Shown piece after piece: positions 1 through 11,084 of a stretch of DNA of 64,000 nt. Every line of letters starts with the position of its first letter. The first letter of the stretch is position 1. Under the pieces are notes generated by a model. It was not told the origin of the DNA. It did not search any database and saw only the letters and a program-made list of their open reading frames with translations. Position numbers and translations under genes: made by a program. This stretch comes from Mantamonas sphyraenae STR306 (taxonomy: Eukaryota > Protista > CRuMs). The stretch covers positions 372,001 to 436,000 of the forward strand of contig JAPMXV010000002.1 of assembly GCA_026936335.1 (NCBI GenBank), written 5' to 3'.

Positions 1-460
1 TTGGACCTTGAGGACACGTCCGAGGTGGAACCAGGGCACCATGTGGGCCGGATTGAGCTGGATGGCCTCGACAAGGCATCGTTTGGCGTTGTCGACGTCG
101 TTTGCGCCGATGTAGTGCATGGCACGGGCCCCGACGGCTTCATAGGAGCGTGGGGAGGATACGCCGGGGCATGGGCCGGGGTTGTGTTGTGTGGTCCAGA
201 GTTGTTTGACGGATTTGGGGAGGGAAGGAGGCGGGAAGGAGGAGGATTTGGGGGGGCTTTGGGGGGGCTTTGCGGGTCTTTGTGGGGGTGGTGGTGGTGG
301 AGGTGGTGCTACGGCGGTTGATTTTGGGCTTGGCTGATGCGGGTGGGGTGAGGGAGAGGAGGAGGAGGAGGAGGAGGAGGAGGGTCGGGAGGAGGTGGGG
401 GAGGTGGGGGAGGTGGGATGGGGGTCGGCGCCGAGGGGACCAACAAGGGGTCTGGGTCAT
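1..460 (-). CDS. Signal-peptide/TM-bearing TPR protein, 5' part (runs off the window; probable homopolymer frameshift near 250-270)
   Basis: ATG at 460 gives a hydrophobic leader ([18 protein letters not shown]). An adjacent frame reads YEAVGARAMHYIGANDVDNAKRCLVEAIQLNPAHMVPWFHLGRVLKVQ, which is TPR-like. Confidence 0.55.
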
Positions 461-505
461 CTTTTGGTTTGGTTTGGTTGTGTGAGAGCAGAGGAGGAAT
501 TGAGA

Positions 506-1834
506 ATGAGCACGAGTATTGGCAAGAGCAGGTCAACAGGGTCAGGGGGCAGGAAGAAGGAGTTTGGTGAACTTGAAGGATGTGAAGCCGGAGAACGGGG
601 TGAGTTGGGGGAGAGGGGGATGGGGGGTGGAGGGGGAGGGATGGGAGGGGAAAGGGGTGGCTGACATTGGGGTTGGGGGTGAGGGCAGGCGGTGACGCTG
701 GTGGGAGAGTCGCTCAAGTCGTTGGAGTGGCTGGGTCACCAACCGAAACTGGAGACGCTGGACGTGCATGATAACTTTATCAACACGCTGTCTGGGTTTG
801 GGATCTACTACCATTTGCGCTCGCTGGACTTGAGTTTCAACGAGCTGGAGACGCTGGGAGGGCCTGCGGGAGATGCCGAATCTGGCGGTGAGTGGTGGGC
901 GGGAAGGAAGCGGGGGCGCGGCCCAGGTTAGGAGAGCGTGGGTGGGGACTGACACAGGGTTGGGAGGCAGCATCTGAACGTGTCGTCGAATATGCTGAGT
1001 TCGCTGGAAAGCCTGCCAGCGCTGCCTGCGCTGGAGGTGCTGCTGTGCAGCGACAACGAGCTGACGACGTTTGCGGGGCTGGTTTTCCAGCCGCAGCTGA
1101 CGGTGCTGGCGTGTGCAGGGAACCAGATTGGGTCGTTGGAAGGGCTGCCGGCAACACCGAATCTGGAGAGCGTGGAGATGAGTAGGAATCCGGTGTGCGA
1201 GGAGTCGTTGTACACGGTGATGCTTCTGGTGGGGCTGGGCCAGCAACTGGGGTGGGTGGACGGGGTCGAGGTGGACGAGGTGGTGCGTGCGGCGTCGTTG
1301 GCGTTTCCTCGCATCATGTCGCTGGCACTGCGGGAAGGGTTCCCGTGGAGCGAGCTGACGGATGTGGAGAGTGCGCACGGGCTGGCGACACGGTTCCTAG
1401 AAGGGAGGCAGCTGGAGGCACTGGCAGGACTGCCGTATGAGTTGGCAAGTGCACACGTGGACGGAGCTGCGGTGGTGGGGGACACGCTGCGGGCAGGGTT
1501 TGTGTTTGTGCCGCGGGAAAACGCCTCGAGCAGCGGAGGCAATGTCAAGGTGTTTTACCAATGGTTCCGTCTGGAGTCCAATGGGTTGCGGCTGGTGGCA
1601 GCAGGGGAGCACACGAGTCGGTATGTGGTCACAGATGAGGATGTCGGGTATGCGTTGGTGTGTGAGGCAACCCCGTTGCTGCCGGGTGGGGCGTTGGGGT
1701 ATTGTGCCAGGGTGGTGAGTAGGGATGTGAGGTTTGGGATTGGAGAGGGGATGGGGGGGGAGGAGGGGATTGGGGAGGGGAGTGGGGGGCAAGAGGAGGG
1801 GAGTGGGAGTGGGGAGGGGGAGGAAGAGATTTGA
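506..1834 (+). CDS. AIR9-like protein: SDS22-type LRRs plus one A9/Ig-like domain; introns ~600-688 and ~888-957
   Basis: LRRs LETLDVHDNFI, LRSLDLSFNEL, LEVLLCSDNEL, LESVEMSRNPV. The C-terminal VDGAAVVGDTL...FYQWFR...YVVTDEDVGYALVCEATP matches the AIR9 A9 repeat pattern. GTGAGT donors with CTGAC..CAG acceptors; small indels are needed to join the exons. Confidence 0.7.
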
Positions 1835-1881
1835 CGAAATAATGGTTTGTGTTGTTCTTGAGGGTAGGGATCATGTGGGGA

Positions 1882-2448
1882 CTAGGGCTCAGAGACGACG
1901 CTGGCAAGGATCTTGTCTTGGGCGGTGAGCTGGGGGGCGCCGGACAGGAGGCGCTGCTCTTTGGCAAGGCGCACACTGCGTATCCTGTCTGCGTGGGACT
2001 TGTGCAGCTTGCTGGCTTGTTCTTTGGACTTTTTGCTGGCCTTGGAGGTGGCACGTTGCATGGCACGGGCCATGCTGAGGCGGACGCCGCGTTTGAGGAG
2101 AACCTCGACGTGGTCCGGGTGCTGGGCATTCGTGCGCGATGATGATGTGGAGTCGGCAAGGTAGGCCCACAGGTCGTCGTCGACAACCTGGAGGAGGCGG
2201 TCGAGGAGCTCGTCGAGCTTCTTCTTGAGGTGCCTTTGTTCGCCATCGAGGATGCCACCAGTGGACTTGCTGCCCTCTTCGTAGATGTCCTTGCGCGAGC
2301 GCACGTTTGCGTGGCTGCTGCCAACGCGTTGGCGCTTGACGGAGCCGCGGTGGCCGAGGCGTGCGAGGAGGGAGTCGTGGTCGTGTGCACCAGCGCGGGC
2401 GTTGTCGCGGCCATGCGCAACGACGGGCAGCGTGTCGTCGACCTGCAT
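1882..2448 (-). CDS. Hypothetical helical protein (~188 aa)
   Basis: The C-terminal part of ORF 1882..3849 from MQVDDTL (ATG 2448) has protein-like composition (LKKKLDELLDRLLQVVDDDLWAY) and fits between neighbouring genes. Confidence 0.55.
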   Translation of the reverse strand: MQVDDTLPVVAHGRDNARAGAHDHDSLLARLGHRGSVKRQRVGSSHANVRSRKDIYEEGSKSTGGILDGEQRHLKKKLDELLDRLLQVVDDDLWAYLADSTSSSRTNAQHPDHVEVLLKRGVRLSMARAMQRATSKASKKSKEQASKLHKSHADRIRSVRLAKEQRLLSGAPQLTAQDKILASVVSEP

Positions 2449-2471
2449 GGAGGCCGCACGCTGCGCCCAAA

Positions 2472-5400
2472 TGTCGGCGGAGGAGGAGGAGGAAGAGGAG
2501 GAGGAGGAGGAGGAGGAGTCGGTGGAGTCTGCTCGCTCGCGCTTGGCCATGGTGCTGGGTGCAGGGGCGCGAGGGGGGAGCCAAAGGGAAACCGCGATGT
2601 CGCTGAACCAAGCTCTGGACGCACTCGCCCAGCTCTCGGAGTATGCCAAGCACAGCAGGAACAATCTGGTGGAGGCCATCCACTCGTTGGAAGTCATGCT
2701 GGAGGAGGAGGCAAAGGAGGCGCAGAGAGAGCTGCTGTTTCGAGACACCCACGAACTGATGAGCGGTCTGGTGACGTCGGCTCGACTGAGCCAGTCGCAA
2801 CCAAACCTGCCGGCGGCGGGAGGGCCACATGCACCGGCAACGGTGGCGTCGTCGACGTCGTCGTCGGTGTCTGCACACCCGCCACGTGCGCCACGGACAA
2901 CGACCAAACAACGGTCGCAGACACAACGGCAGCGTTCGCCACACCCGCCCATGCCTGCGGTACACGAGGACCATTTGGCCAAGAACGCATCCACGGACGA
3001 GTGGATTGCGGAGCTGCTGCCCGAAGTGCCGCAGTTTGAGCTGAACGGGCCGACCGAGGCCCCAGCCGCAGCAGGCACATCGAACCGCAGGAAGAGCGTG
3101 AGCAGCACACACTCATCGACACACTCGCACACGTCTGCACGCGCACGCAACACACGGCTGCGTTCAAACAGCACGCGTTCGGATCGCAGCGCAACGTCTG
3201 CCGCGTCGTCGGGCAAGGGGGCCATGACCACAAAACGCAAGAAGGAGCTCAAACACAAGGCTATGCTCCTCGGCAAGACGATTTCTGCGTTCAACAGCTC
3301 GGTAGGTGGATGGGAAAGAGTGCGTGAGGGAGAAAGCGGCGTGCGTGGAGGGAGCCGTTGAGAAATCGCTGACGACGCTGACGACGCGTGTAGAAGGACA
3401 AGACGGCCACGGTGCACACAGGCAAGCATGGAGAGGGTGGGAGTGTGGGAGGTGTGGATGTATATGGGCTTGGGTCGTACGAGGCAACGTTGGCGAGTAT
3501 TGATCAGGTAGGGGATTTGGGGGAGGGGTGTACGTGGGCGGAGGACGGCGGCTGACACGGCACATGCACAGGTTATTGAAAACTCGAAACATCCAGGAAA
3601 GAGCAAGGGACGACGGTCGCGATCGCGCAATGCGTCTCCGACACAGTCTGTCGGGAGCAACGGGTCGTCGGCGGTGCAGCAGCTGGAACCCAGCAACTCG
3701 TACCAGGACGTGATGGCACACGAGGCGTACAAAGCACGTGAGGAGGACGGTTTGGATGACGTGGAAGGCACGCTGAAGGAACTGGAGGCGCAGTCGCGGC
3801 AGATGTCGGAGAAGGATCGGATGCGGAGATCGCAGGTGTCGTCCGCCATCGACTCGATGAACCTGATCGCCGAGCGGGCAGCAAGGCATGCGAGTGGGGA
3901 GTATGACGCACACGAGCCTTTGGATGCTGATGTGCAGCAGGCCCTTCAGGAGATTGGGACGCCGGCAACGTTGAGTTATTTCTACAGCCACGGCGGGGCG
4001 GACAGTGTGTTGCAGTCCACACATGCCGAGATACAGAGGTCACATGATGAGGAGTTGGTTCGGTTGCGTCATGCGTCGACGGCCAGGGTGGATTCGCTCA
4101 TGCAGCAGTTGGATGCGATGGAGGATCATCAGTTGGAGGAGGAGGAGGAGGAGGAGAGGCAAAGGGAGGAGGAGAAAGGGAGGAAGGAGGAGGAGAAAGG
4201 GAAGGAGGGGAAGGTGAAGGAGGTGCATCAGGAGCTGAGAGAGAGCTTGCCCGCTGAAGAGGTTGACGTGACGCCAGAGTCGTCGCCGGAGCCGGTTTCT
4301 CCTCCTCCAGAGCCCGTGGAGGAAGAGGAGTGGGTGGTGGAAGGGGTATTGGAGGTGGAGGAGGTGGTGGAGGATGTGGAGGTGGTGGAGGATGTGGAGG
4401 AGGAGGAAGAGGAGAAGGTGGAGGATGTGGAGGAGGAAATGGAGGAGGAAAAGGAGGAGGAGCCGGTGCAGGAGCAGGTGAGACAGAGGCCGCAGCGTGC
4501 GGTGGTGTCAAAGGCCACACTGGAGCGGTCGCGCAGCCATCGACATGCGAAACGGGGAGAACGCAGCAGCGTGGGGAAACGGTTGGGGGATGTGGAGGAG
4601 GACGGGACAGAGAAGGGAGAGGGAGAGGGCAAAGACTCTGTGTTGAGACACAGCCTGTCGACAAACACGCCGTCGCTGTTGAACAGGACGCCGTCGGTGG
4701 CGCAGGCGCCGCCGTCGCCGCCGGCAAAGGCAAAGGAGGAGCACGGTCACGGAGAGTCCGTCAGAGAGGCCAGTCCAGGCAGCACTCAGATTGCAGAGGA
4801 ACTGGCACTGCTGCGCGAGGAGATTGCATTACTGGCGCAGCAGTCGGCAGGTGCGCCGAGGGCGTTTCCGAAAAAGACGGCCGACAGGCTGCGGAAGCAG
4901 ATGCAGGAGCGCAAGTACCAGCTGGAACCAAAGGACCTGCAGCACATGATGGTGCTGTATGTGGGCACAGAGTGCGAGATGAGCAACGCGCTGAGCGCCG
5001 CGGCGCCGTACAGAATGCGGGTGGCAGACGTGGAGGTGGACGCGCTGGCCATGATCAAGGACGCAGACACGTACACCGAGGACGACAAGTACCGCATCGA
5101 CCTCATTCTGCTGGATGCCACATGCAACAAAATCAACCCCCAGCTGATCCTGGGCACGCTCGACCAGGCGACAGAGTGGCACAGGCGAAGGGTACTCGTC
5201 GTGCTGGACCATATCGACGACCAGGCATACAAGACGTGGTGCAGCGAGTTTGGCGCCCACGGATGTCTGGCACACGACGCACCAAAGCAGCAAACGTCGC
5301 GGCAGGTGCTGTACGAGCTGCAGGGGCTGCATCTCATCCGCATGCTGTCGTCGGAAAACGCAACCATGGACGAACTGGCCACGCAGGTGGACGTGCTGTC

Positions 5401-7355
5401 GCAGGCCAACGAAGACCTGCGCGTGAGGCAACACCAGCTGGAGGCGAATCTGAAGCATCTGGTGGCGCTGCAGACAAAGACGGAGCAAAACCACGAGGCG
5501 GCGCAGGCGGCGCTGCAGAAGCAGGTGAACGAAGCCAACTTTCACGTGCGCACACTGCGCACAAGGCTGACCGACGAACAAGTGCTGGCGGCAGAGCTGG
5601 GCACAGACAACGAGTCGCTGCGGGAAGCCAACCTGGAACTGCTCGCGCAGCAGCAAGAGGCGCAGGATCAGCTGGCGCGGGCACGGGCAGACGCTGGCAC
5701 GCTGCAGCAGCGGCACAAGGAGCTGCTGGGCGCGCTGGAGACGCAGAAACAGGTGAATGTGGAGCTGCAGGCAAGCAAGGACATGATGTCGAAGCTGATG
5801 GCCACCATGATGATTGGGCACGGGGAAGGGGACGCATTGAACCAGGAGGCGACGGAACAGCGGCATCGGGAACAGGACATTGAGCGAGGGCAGCATCTGC
5901 TGGGTGACATGCAGGTGTCCACGTCCATGATGTCGTACCTGCTGGACAGGTACACAAACAGGCTGCGCAGCACGGCGTGGCAGCAGGAGGCGCCCGCGGT
6001 GGGGAGCAGCGACGTGCTGCCTGTGCACGAGTACGTGGCACGGCGCCAGGCAGAGATTGCCAAGAGGCGTCGCGGGACAGACACGTCGCACGTGTCACGC
6101 GTGCTGGGCTACGAGTTTATGCGCAGGTGGGACTTTCGGTCGGCAGACTACAGCGCAGAACAGCAGCGCACACTGGTGGTGGAAATGTTTAATGATTTGG
6201 GCCTGCCGCTGCGCTTCAAGTTTCCGGAGGCCATCTGGCAAACCTGGTGGACGCGGTGCGGGCGGCGCACGATCCGCAGTGCCGTTTGCAAACTACACGC
6301 AGAGTCTGGACACGGTGCATGCGCTGTACATGCTTCTGGAACGCACGGATGTGCTGTCGCTGCTGCGAGATCTGGACGTGTTTGCGCTGATGCTGGTGGC
6401 GTTGTGTTCGCACATCGACCATCCGGGCACGAGCAACGAGTTTGAGATTGCGTCGCAGAGCGCTCTGGCACACAGGTACAACGACGACCGTGTGATTGAG
6501 CAGCACAAGGCGTGCTGCATGTTTAGCCTGATCAACGATCCGCACAACGATGTGTTTGTGGGCCTGTCGTTGGACGAGTTTCTGTACGTGCGCCACCTCA
6601 TGATCCACCTGATGCTAAACACAGACGTGGGGCGGCACTTTCAGGTGCTGGCAGCGTTTGAGAGGCGCATGGTGGTGCCGGAAGAGGGCCACGACGACGT
6701 GCAGCCGCTGAACAAGGAATCCAAGGCGGACCGGATCCTGGTGATGAACATGCTGATGCGAGTGAGCGCAAACATGTGGCTGGCCAAGGAGTGGGAGCTG
6801 CACAGGGAGCGGGCAGACGCGTACTATGCCGAGCGGACGCACGAGATGCAGGTGCTGGCGGAGGAGAGCGAGCGGCACGACTATTCGGCGGTGGGCGAGA
6901 GCCAAAACCTGCTGATGGTGAACGAGATTGAGTTTGTGGCCGTGCCTGTGTTTGCGTCGTTTGTGCGCTGGTTCTCCGAGTGCAAACCCATGATCAGGCA
7001 GATCTACTACAACAAGAGCAAGTGGCTGGACGCACACGCACTGGCTACCGCGCCGGAACCGCCGGTGACGCATCCAATGATTGTGTTTGAGGAGAAGGAT
7101 GCACGCACAGCGCTGGGAGATTCCATGCGGCGTGTTCAGGTGCATGATCTGAGCACGCGAGGTGACAAGGCAAGCGAGAAGAAGGTGGTGGTCAAGAAGA
7201 AGCTTGCGCGAAGCAAGAAGAAGAAGAAGGGGAGGGCGGATGGGGAGAAGAGTGAGGATGGGTTGGATTTGTCTTCTGTGGTGGTGGCTGGGTCGGGGTC
7301 GGGGTCGGGGTTGGGGTCGAGGTTTCCGCCGATTCGGGGGAGGGGAGGAAAATAG
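2472..7355 (+). CDS. Large protein: low-complexity N-terminus, receiver(REC)-like domain, coiled coil, degenerate class I cyclic-nucleotide PDE domain
   Basis: REC-like MVLYVG...IDLILLD...VLVVL...FGAHGCL (~4945-5280). PDE-like WDF...PFANYTQSLDTV...SHIDHPGTSN...YNDDRVIEQH...NTDV (~6130-7030). Introns lie within 3302-3571; two 1-bp deletions near 6235-6290. Confidence 0.7.
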
Positions 7356-7612
7356 AAGGGGGTGAAGGATGTTTTTTTTCAAGTGAGGTGTGTGGTTTTG
7401 GGGGAGGTGGAAGACGGGGTCCTGGGAGTAGGTTTGGAGTTGAGTTGTGCGCAGAGCGAGGATGGTGGGCAAAGGGGCAACGGGGCAGGAAGGAGGTTGA
7501 GAGGGCAAGATGGGAGGGATGGGGCAGGGGAGGAGGCAGAGAGGAGAGGAGGGAGCGAGGAGAGGAGGAGAGGAGGTGGGGAGGAGAAATTTGACAGGAG
7601 GTGATCAGCTGA

Positions 7613-8068
7613 TCATTCATTTTCGGCGGAGGAGGAGGTGGAGGCGGAAAAGAGGGGCTTGGAGGCTTCTTTCTCGATGTGGAGGGCGGCGTGCTCCTTC
7701 TTGGCCTCTTTGATTTTGTGGAGGACGTCAAGGGTCTCTTGGACAGGCTGGGCAAACTCGTCAAAGTCGAGCTCGTCGAGGGCGGCGAGGACATCCTTGG
7801 CCTGGATCATTGTGCGCTTGCTTTGGCGGCTGATGTCGAGGGCGCTGTGGAAAGGAGGGTGTGAGGAGAGGGCGGGGAGAGAGGGGAGGAGGGCGCAGGG
7901 GTGCGTGGGGTGTGCATACGTGGCGGTGAGGTAGTTGATGAAGATCTGGGCCGCGTGGCCAACGGCAAGGCGGGCATCCTTCTGGGCCTGCATGCCCTCG
8001 GGGAGCACCGCTTTCATCACACGGGCGACGACCGCCTTTTGGAGCTCGAGGGACGGGTCGGTGGACAT
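7613..8068 (-). CDS. POLE3: Histone-fold DNA polymerase epsilon subunit 3 / CHRAC17 (DPB4); intron 7845-7919
   Basis: MSTDPSLELQKAVVARVMKAVLPEGMQAQKDARLAVGHAAQIFINYLTATALDISRQSKRTMIQAKDVLAALDELDFDEF is an NF-YB/POLE3-type histone fold with a 75-nt GT-AG intron. Confidence 0.85.
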   Translation of the reverse strand: MSTDPSLELQKAVVARVMKAVLPEGMQAQKDARLAVGHAAQIFINYLTATYAHPTHPCALLPSLPALSSHPPFHSALDISRQSKRTMIQAKDVLAALDELDFDEFAQPVQETLDVLHKIKEAKKEHAALHIEKEASKPLFSASTSSSAENE

Positions 8069-8117
8069 GGAAGGGGTGGGTTGGGGGCAGGTGCGCGTGG
8101 GCAGGCAAGGACGGCAC

Positions 8118-8153
8118 ATGAGCACGCAAGGGACACTGGACGCGTTGATCACA

Positions 8154-8185
<32 letters not shown>

Positions 8186-9667
8186 TAGTAGCAGCAGCAG
8201 CAGCAGTGGGAAGCGGAAGAAAAAGAGCCCGCGCAAGAGCAGTGGGGGGCGAAAGCGGCGGCGAGAGGACTTTGAGGACGAGGACGGGCGGGAGGAGCAG
8301 GAGAGGCTGGACCGGGAAGTGGCACTGGCGATGCAGGCGTCGATCAAAAAGTCGCGTGTGCTGGACGCAGTGAAGAAGCAGCAGGTGGTGGAGCGGAAGA
8401 ACAGAGGCAAGCAGCGCGTCAAGTTGAGCGAGCTGGGGTTGGAAGGGGTGCGGAAGGAGGTGCGGGACATGAACGAGGCCCAGGTGATGAACGAGATTGA
8501 ACGCGTGATCTTTGAGGCCGCCCAGAGCATCATGCAGGGACAGGGTAAGCAGAGAGAGAGAGAGAGGGCGGGGGAGGGGGAGACAAGGCGTGCTGATCGC
8601 TCACCTTTTTTCCGACACGCGCACACAGGCTTTTCGTACACCGTGCCGACGCGGAGCTCCAAAAACACAAAGTGGATCCCAGAGCTGGACCAGGTGGTGC
8701 TGTTGAACCAGGTGACGGACAGGTCGTTTGGGAGCAAGAGCAGCGCACTGTGAGTTGCTTTTTGCGTTTTTGCACAGTGGGTGCTGGCTGACACAAAGAT
8801 GACAGGAAAACGGCCATCACCACACGGATCCTGCAGATTGTGCACGAACTGTGCATGAAGAGGATCCACGCAACAAAGCGTGACGTGTTCTACTCGGACG
8901 TGAAGCTGTTTCAGAAGCAGGGCGCGTCGGACACGGTGCTGGAGGACGCGGCGTCGCTCCTCGGGTGCACGCGGTCGTCGATGAACGTGGTGGGCTCGGA
9001 AAAAGGAGTGGTGGTCGGGTGCATCAAGTACAGGGAGAGCGGAGACGAAATCGACTGCACGCGGATGGGCGTGGGAGGCAAGGCGATCCCGCCGACCGTG
9101 GACGACATCACGGACATCGAGTCGACGGCAGACTTTATCCTGCTGGTGGAGAAGGACGCCGCGTTTATGCGGCTGGCGGAGGACCGGTTCTACAACGACT
9201 ACCCGTGCATCATCATCACGGCCAAGGGCCAGCCGGACGTGGCTACACGTCTGTTTCTGCACAAGCTGGCGTACGAACTGAAAATCCCAGTGCTGGGCCT
9301 GGTGGACGCCGATCCGTACGGGCTGAAGATCCTGAGCGTGTACACGAGCGGGTCCAAGAACATGGCGTTTGACTCTGCGCATCTGACGACGCCAGACATC
9401 AAGTGGCTCGGGGTGAGGCCGTCGGACCTGGACAGGTACCGGATCCCGAAGCAGTGCAGGCTGGACATGACGGAGAACGATATCAAGACGGGCAAGGAGA
9501 TGCTGAACGAGGACTTTATCCTGAAAAACCCGGCGTGGCACGCGGAACTCAAGACAATGGTGCAGACAAAGCAAAAGGCGGAAATCCAGGCGCTGAGTAG
9601 CTTTGGGTTCCAGTATTTGAGCAAGGTGTTTCTGCCGCTGAAGCTGCAGCAGGGAGACTGGATCTGA
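8118..9667 (+). CDS. TOP6A: DNA topoisomerase VI subunit A (SPO11-3 type); introns 8545-8628 and 8750-8805
   Basis: HATKRDVFY (catalytic Tyr), [29 protein letters not shown] (TOPRIM), [15 protein letters not shown] and C-terminal LQQGDWI are typical of TOP6A/SPO11-3. Confidence 0.92.
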
Positions 9668-9918
9668 AGCAGGGTGCCGGCGCCGCGGGAAGCAATTGAA
9701 AGCCAAGCGAAAAAGGAAGCTTCTCTTTTCTCGTCTACGTCGTCGTCCCAGTGCATATTGTCAGTCTGCGGCGCGTGTGCAATTTTCATTGAGAGAGAGC
9801 TTTTGGCGGGACAAAACCCAAACGCAACTTGGCGCGGATCTGCTTTTTTTTGAAAAGCGAAACGATCACCAACACCTCAGGAGCAAGAGGCGTGGAACGA
9901 GAGCAGGGAGAGGCAAGG

Positions 9919-10995
9919 ATGCAAGACACATACCAAGAGTACGACGACAACCACACGAGCGGCGGGCGGGGCGTGCCGAGCGCGCCTGTGGGCCGTGCGC
10001 AAAAGATGCTTGCGCAGCAAGCGGCGGATCACAAAATGAAGCCGAGCGCACAACGGTTCGCACAGCAGTTTCTGCAAGAGGCAGCCGGGTGGGAACTGGA
10101 CACACTGAGCACACGGGAGCTGGCGGTGCTGCACGACCGGCTAGAGTCGCTCCAGAAGGACATCGAGCAGCTGGAGGGGCTTGTCAAAGGCGGGAGCGGG
10201 AAAACAAGCAACGGTTACCGGCGATCCGCGCGCCGTCTTTCGGACCCGCTGTTCCCTAGCGAGTTTAAGGAGGAAGTCGGGGCGGTGAAGGAGCAGGTGG
10301 CGACGCAGATGGAGACGCAGGGGTGGAGCACGGACGGCGGGAGGCCCAGCGTGACGCGTGTGGCGTCGTTGTTGACGAGGCGCGGAAAATCCGCGAGCTG
10401 GGATGAAGGGCGCGGGGCGGGCAAAAGCAGCGGGGCGGGCAAGAGGAGGGTGCAGAGGACGGGCAGTGTGGGGAGCGTGGGAAGCACAGGGAGCACAAGC
10501 AGTGCAGGGAGCAGGAGGAGTGCAGCAAGTGGAAGGGGCAGGCGAGGCGGGGGCGGGGGAAAGATCAGCCGCAAGAACGGGAACATGGAGGTGGACGAGG
10601 GCGGGGTGAGCGTGACGAGCGGCGTGCGGCGCAAGTCGCAGAGCAAGAGCGGAGGCGGAACGGGGGCAGGAGGGTCGTTGTGCACAAACAACCATCCGGA
10701 CAGGTGCTGCGCGTGCGGGAACCGGATCTACATCAAGGGGCGGTCGCACTGGCGGCACGAGTGTGACTGCTCGCACAACTTTCATCTCAAGTGTGTGAGC
10801 AAGGCCGACTTTGCGTTTAGCACGACGGTGTGTCACAGCTGTGGGAAGCATGCGCCGTTGTACAAGGTGGTGCGGCCGACGGTGAGTGCCGGAGCAGGCA
10901 GTGCCGGAGGAGCGAGTGGCGGAGTGGGCAGCGGCGGAGTTGGCAGTGCCGAGAGGAGGATTGAGGAGTTGAGTGCGATGGGAGGGCAGAAATGA
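9919..10995 (+). CDS. RING-H2 finger protein with N-terminal coiled coil
   Basis: CCAC...CDCSHNFHLKC...CHSC spacing fits RING-H2; likely ATG at 9919. Confidence 0.7.
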   Translation: MQDTYQEYDDNHTSGGRGVPSAPVGRAQKMLAQQAADHKMKPSAQRFAQQFLQEAAGWELDTLSTRELAVLHDRLESLQKDIEQLEGLVKGGSGKTSNGYRRSARRLSDPLFPSEFKEEVGAVKEQVATQMETQGWSTDGGRPSVTRVASLLTRRGKSASWDEGRGAGKSSGAGKRRVQRTGSVGSVGSTGSTSSAGSRRSAASGRGRRGGGGGKISRKNGNMEVDEGGVSVTSGVRRKSQSKSGGGTGAGGSLCTNNHPDRCCACGNRIYIKGRSHWRHECDCSHNFHLKCVSKADFAFSTTVCHSCGKHAPLYKVVRPTVSAGAGSAGGASGGVGSGGVGSAERRIEELSAMGGQK

Positions 10996-11084
10996 AGCGC
11001 CGGGAGGCGGGGGTGCGCTCGCGCAGGCAATCGTGGCACATTGAGTTGAGAACTTTGGAGACCACAGCACGGCCAAGCACACAC

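Noticed and set aside
2160-2230. LLQVVDDDLWAY resembling an APC16-like C-terminal motif
   Set aside because: The match is too short to support an assignment without a profile search.
7613-9706. 697-aa minus ORF and other long antisense ORFs (e.g. 11855-13414, 55185-56897)
   Set aside because: These are shadow frames of GC3-rich genes; only the POLE3 part (7613-8068) is supported.
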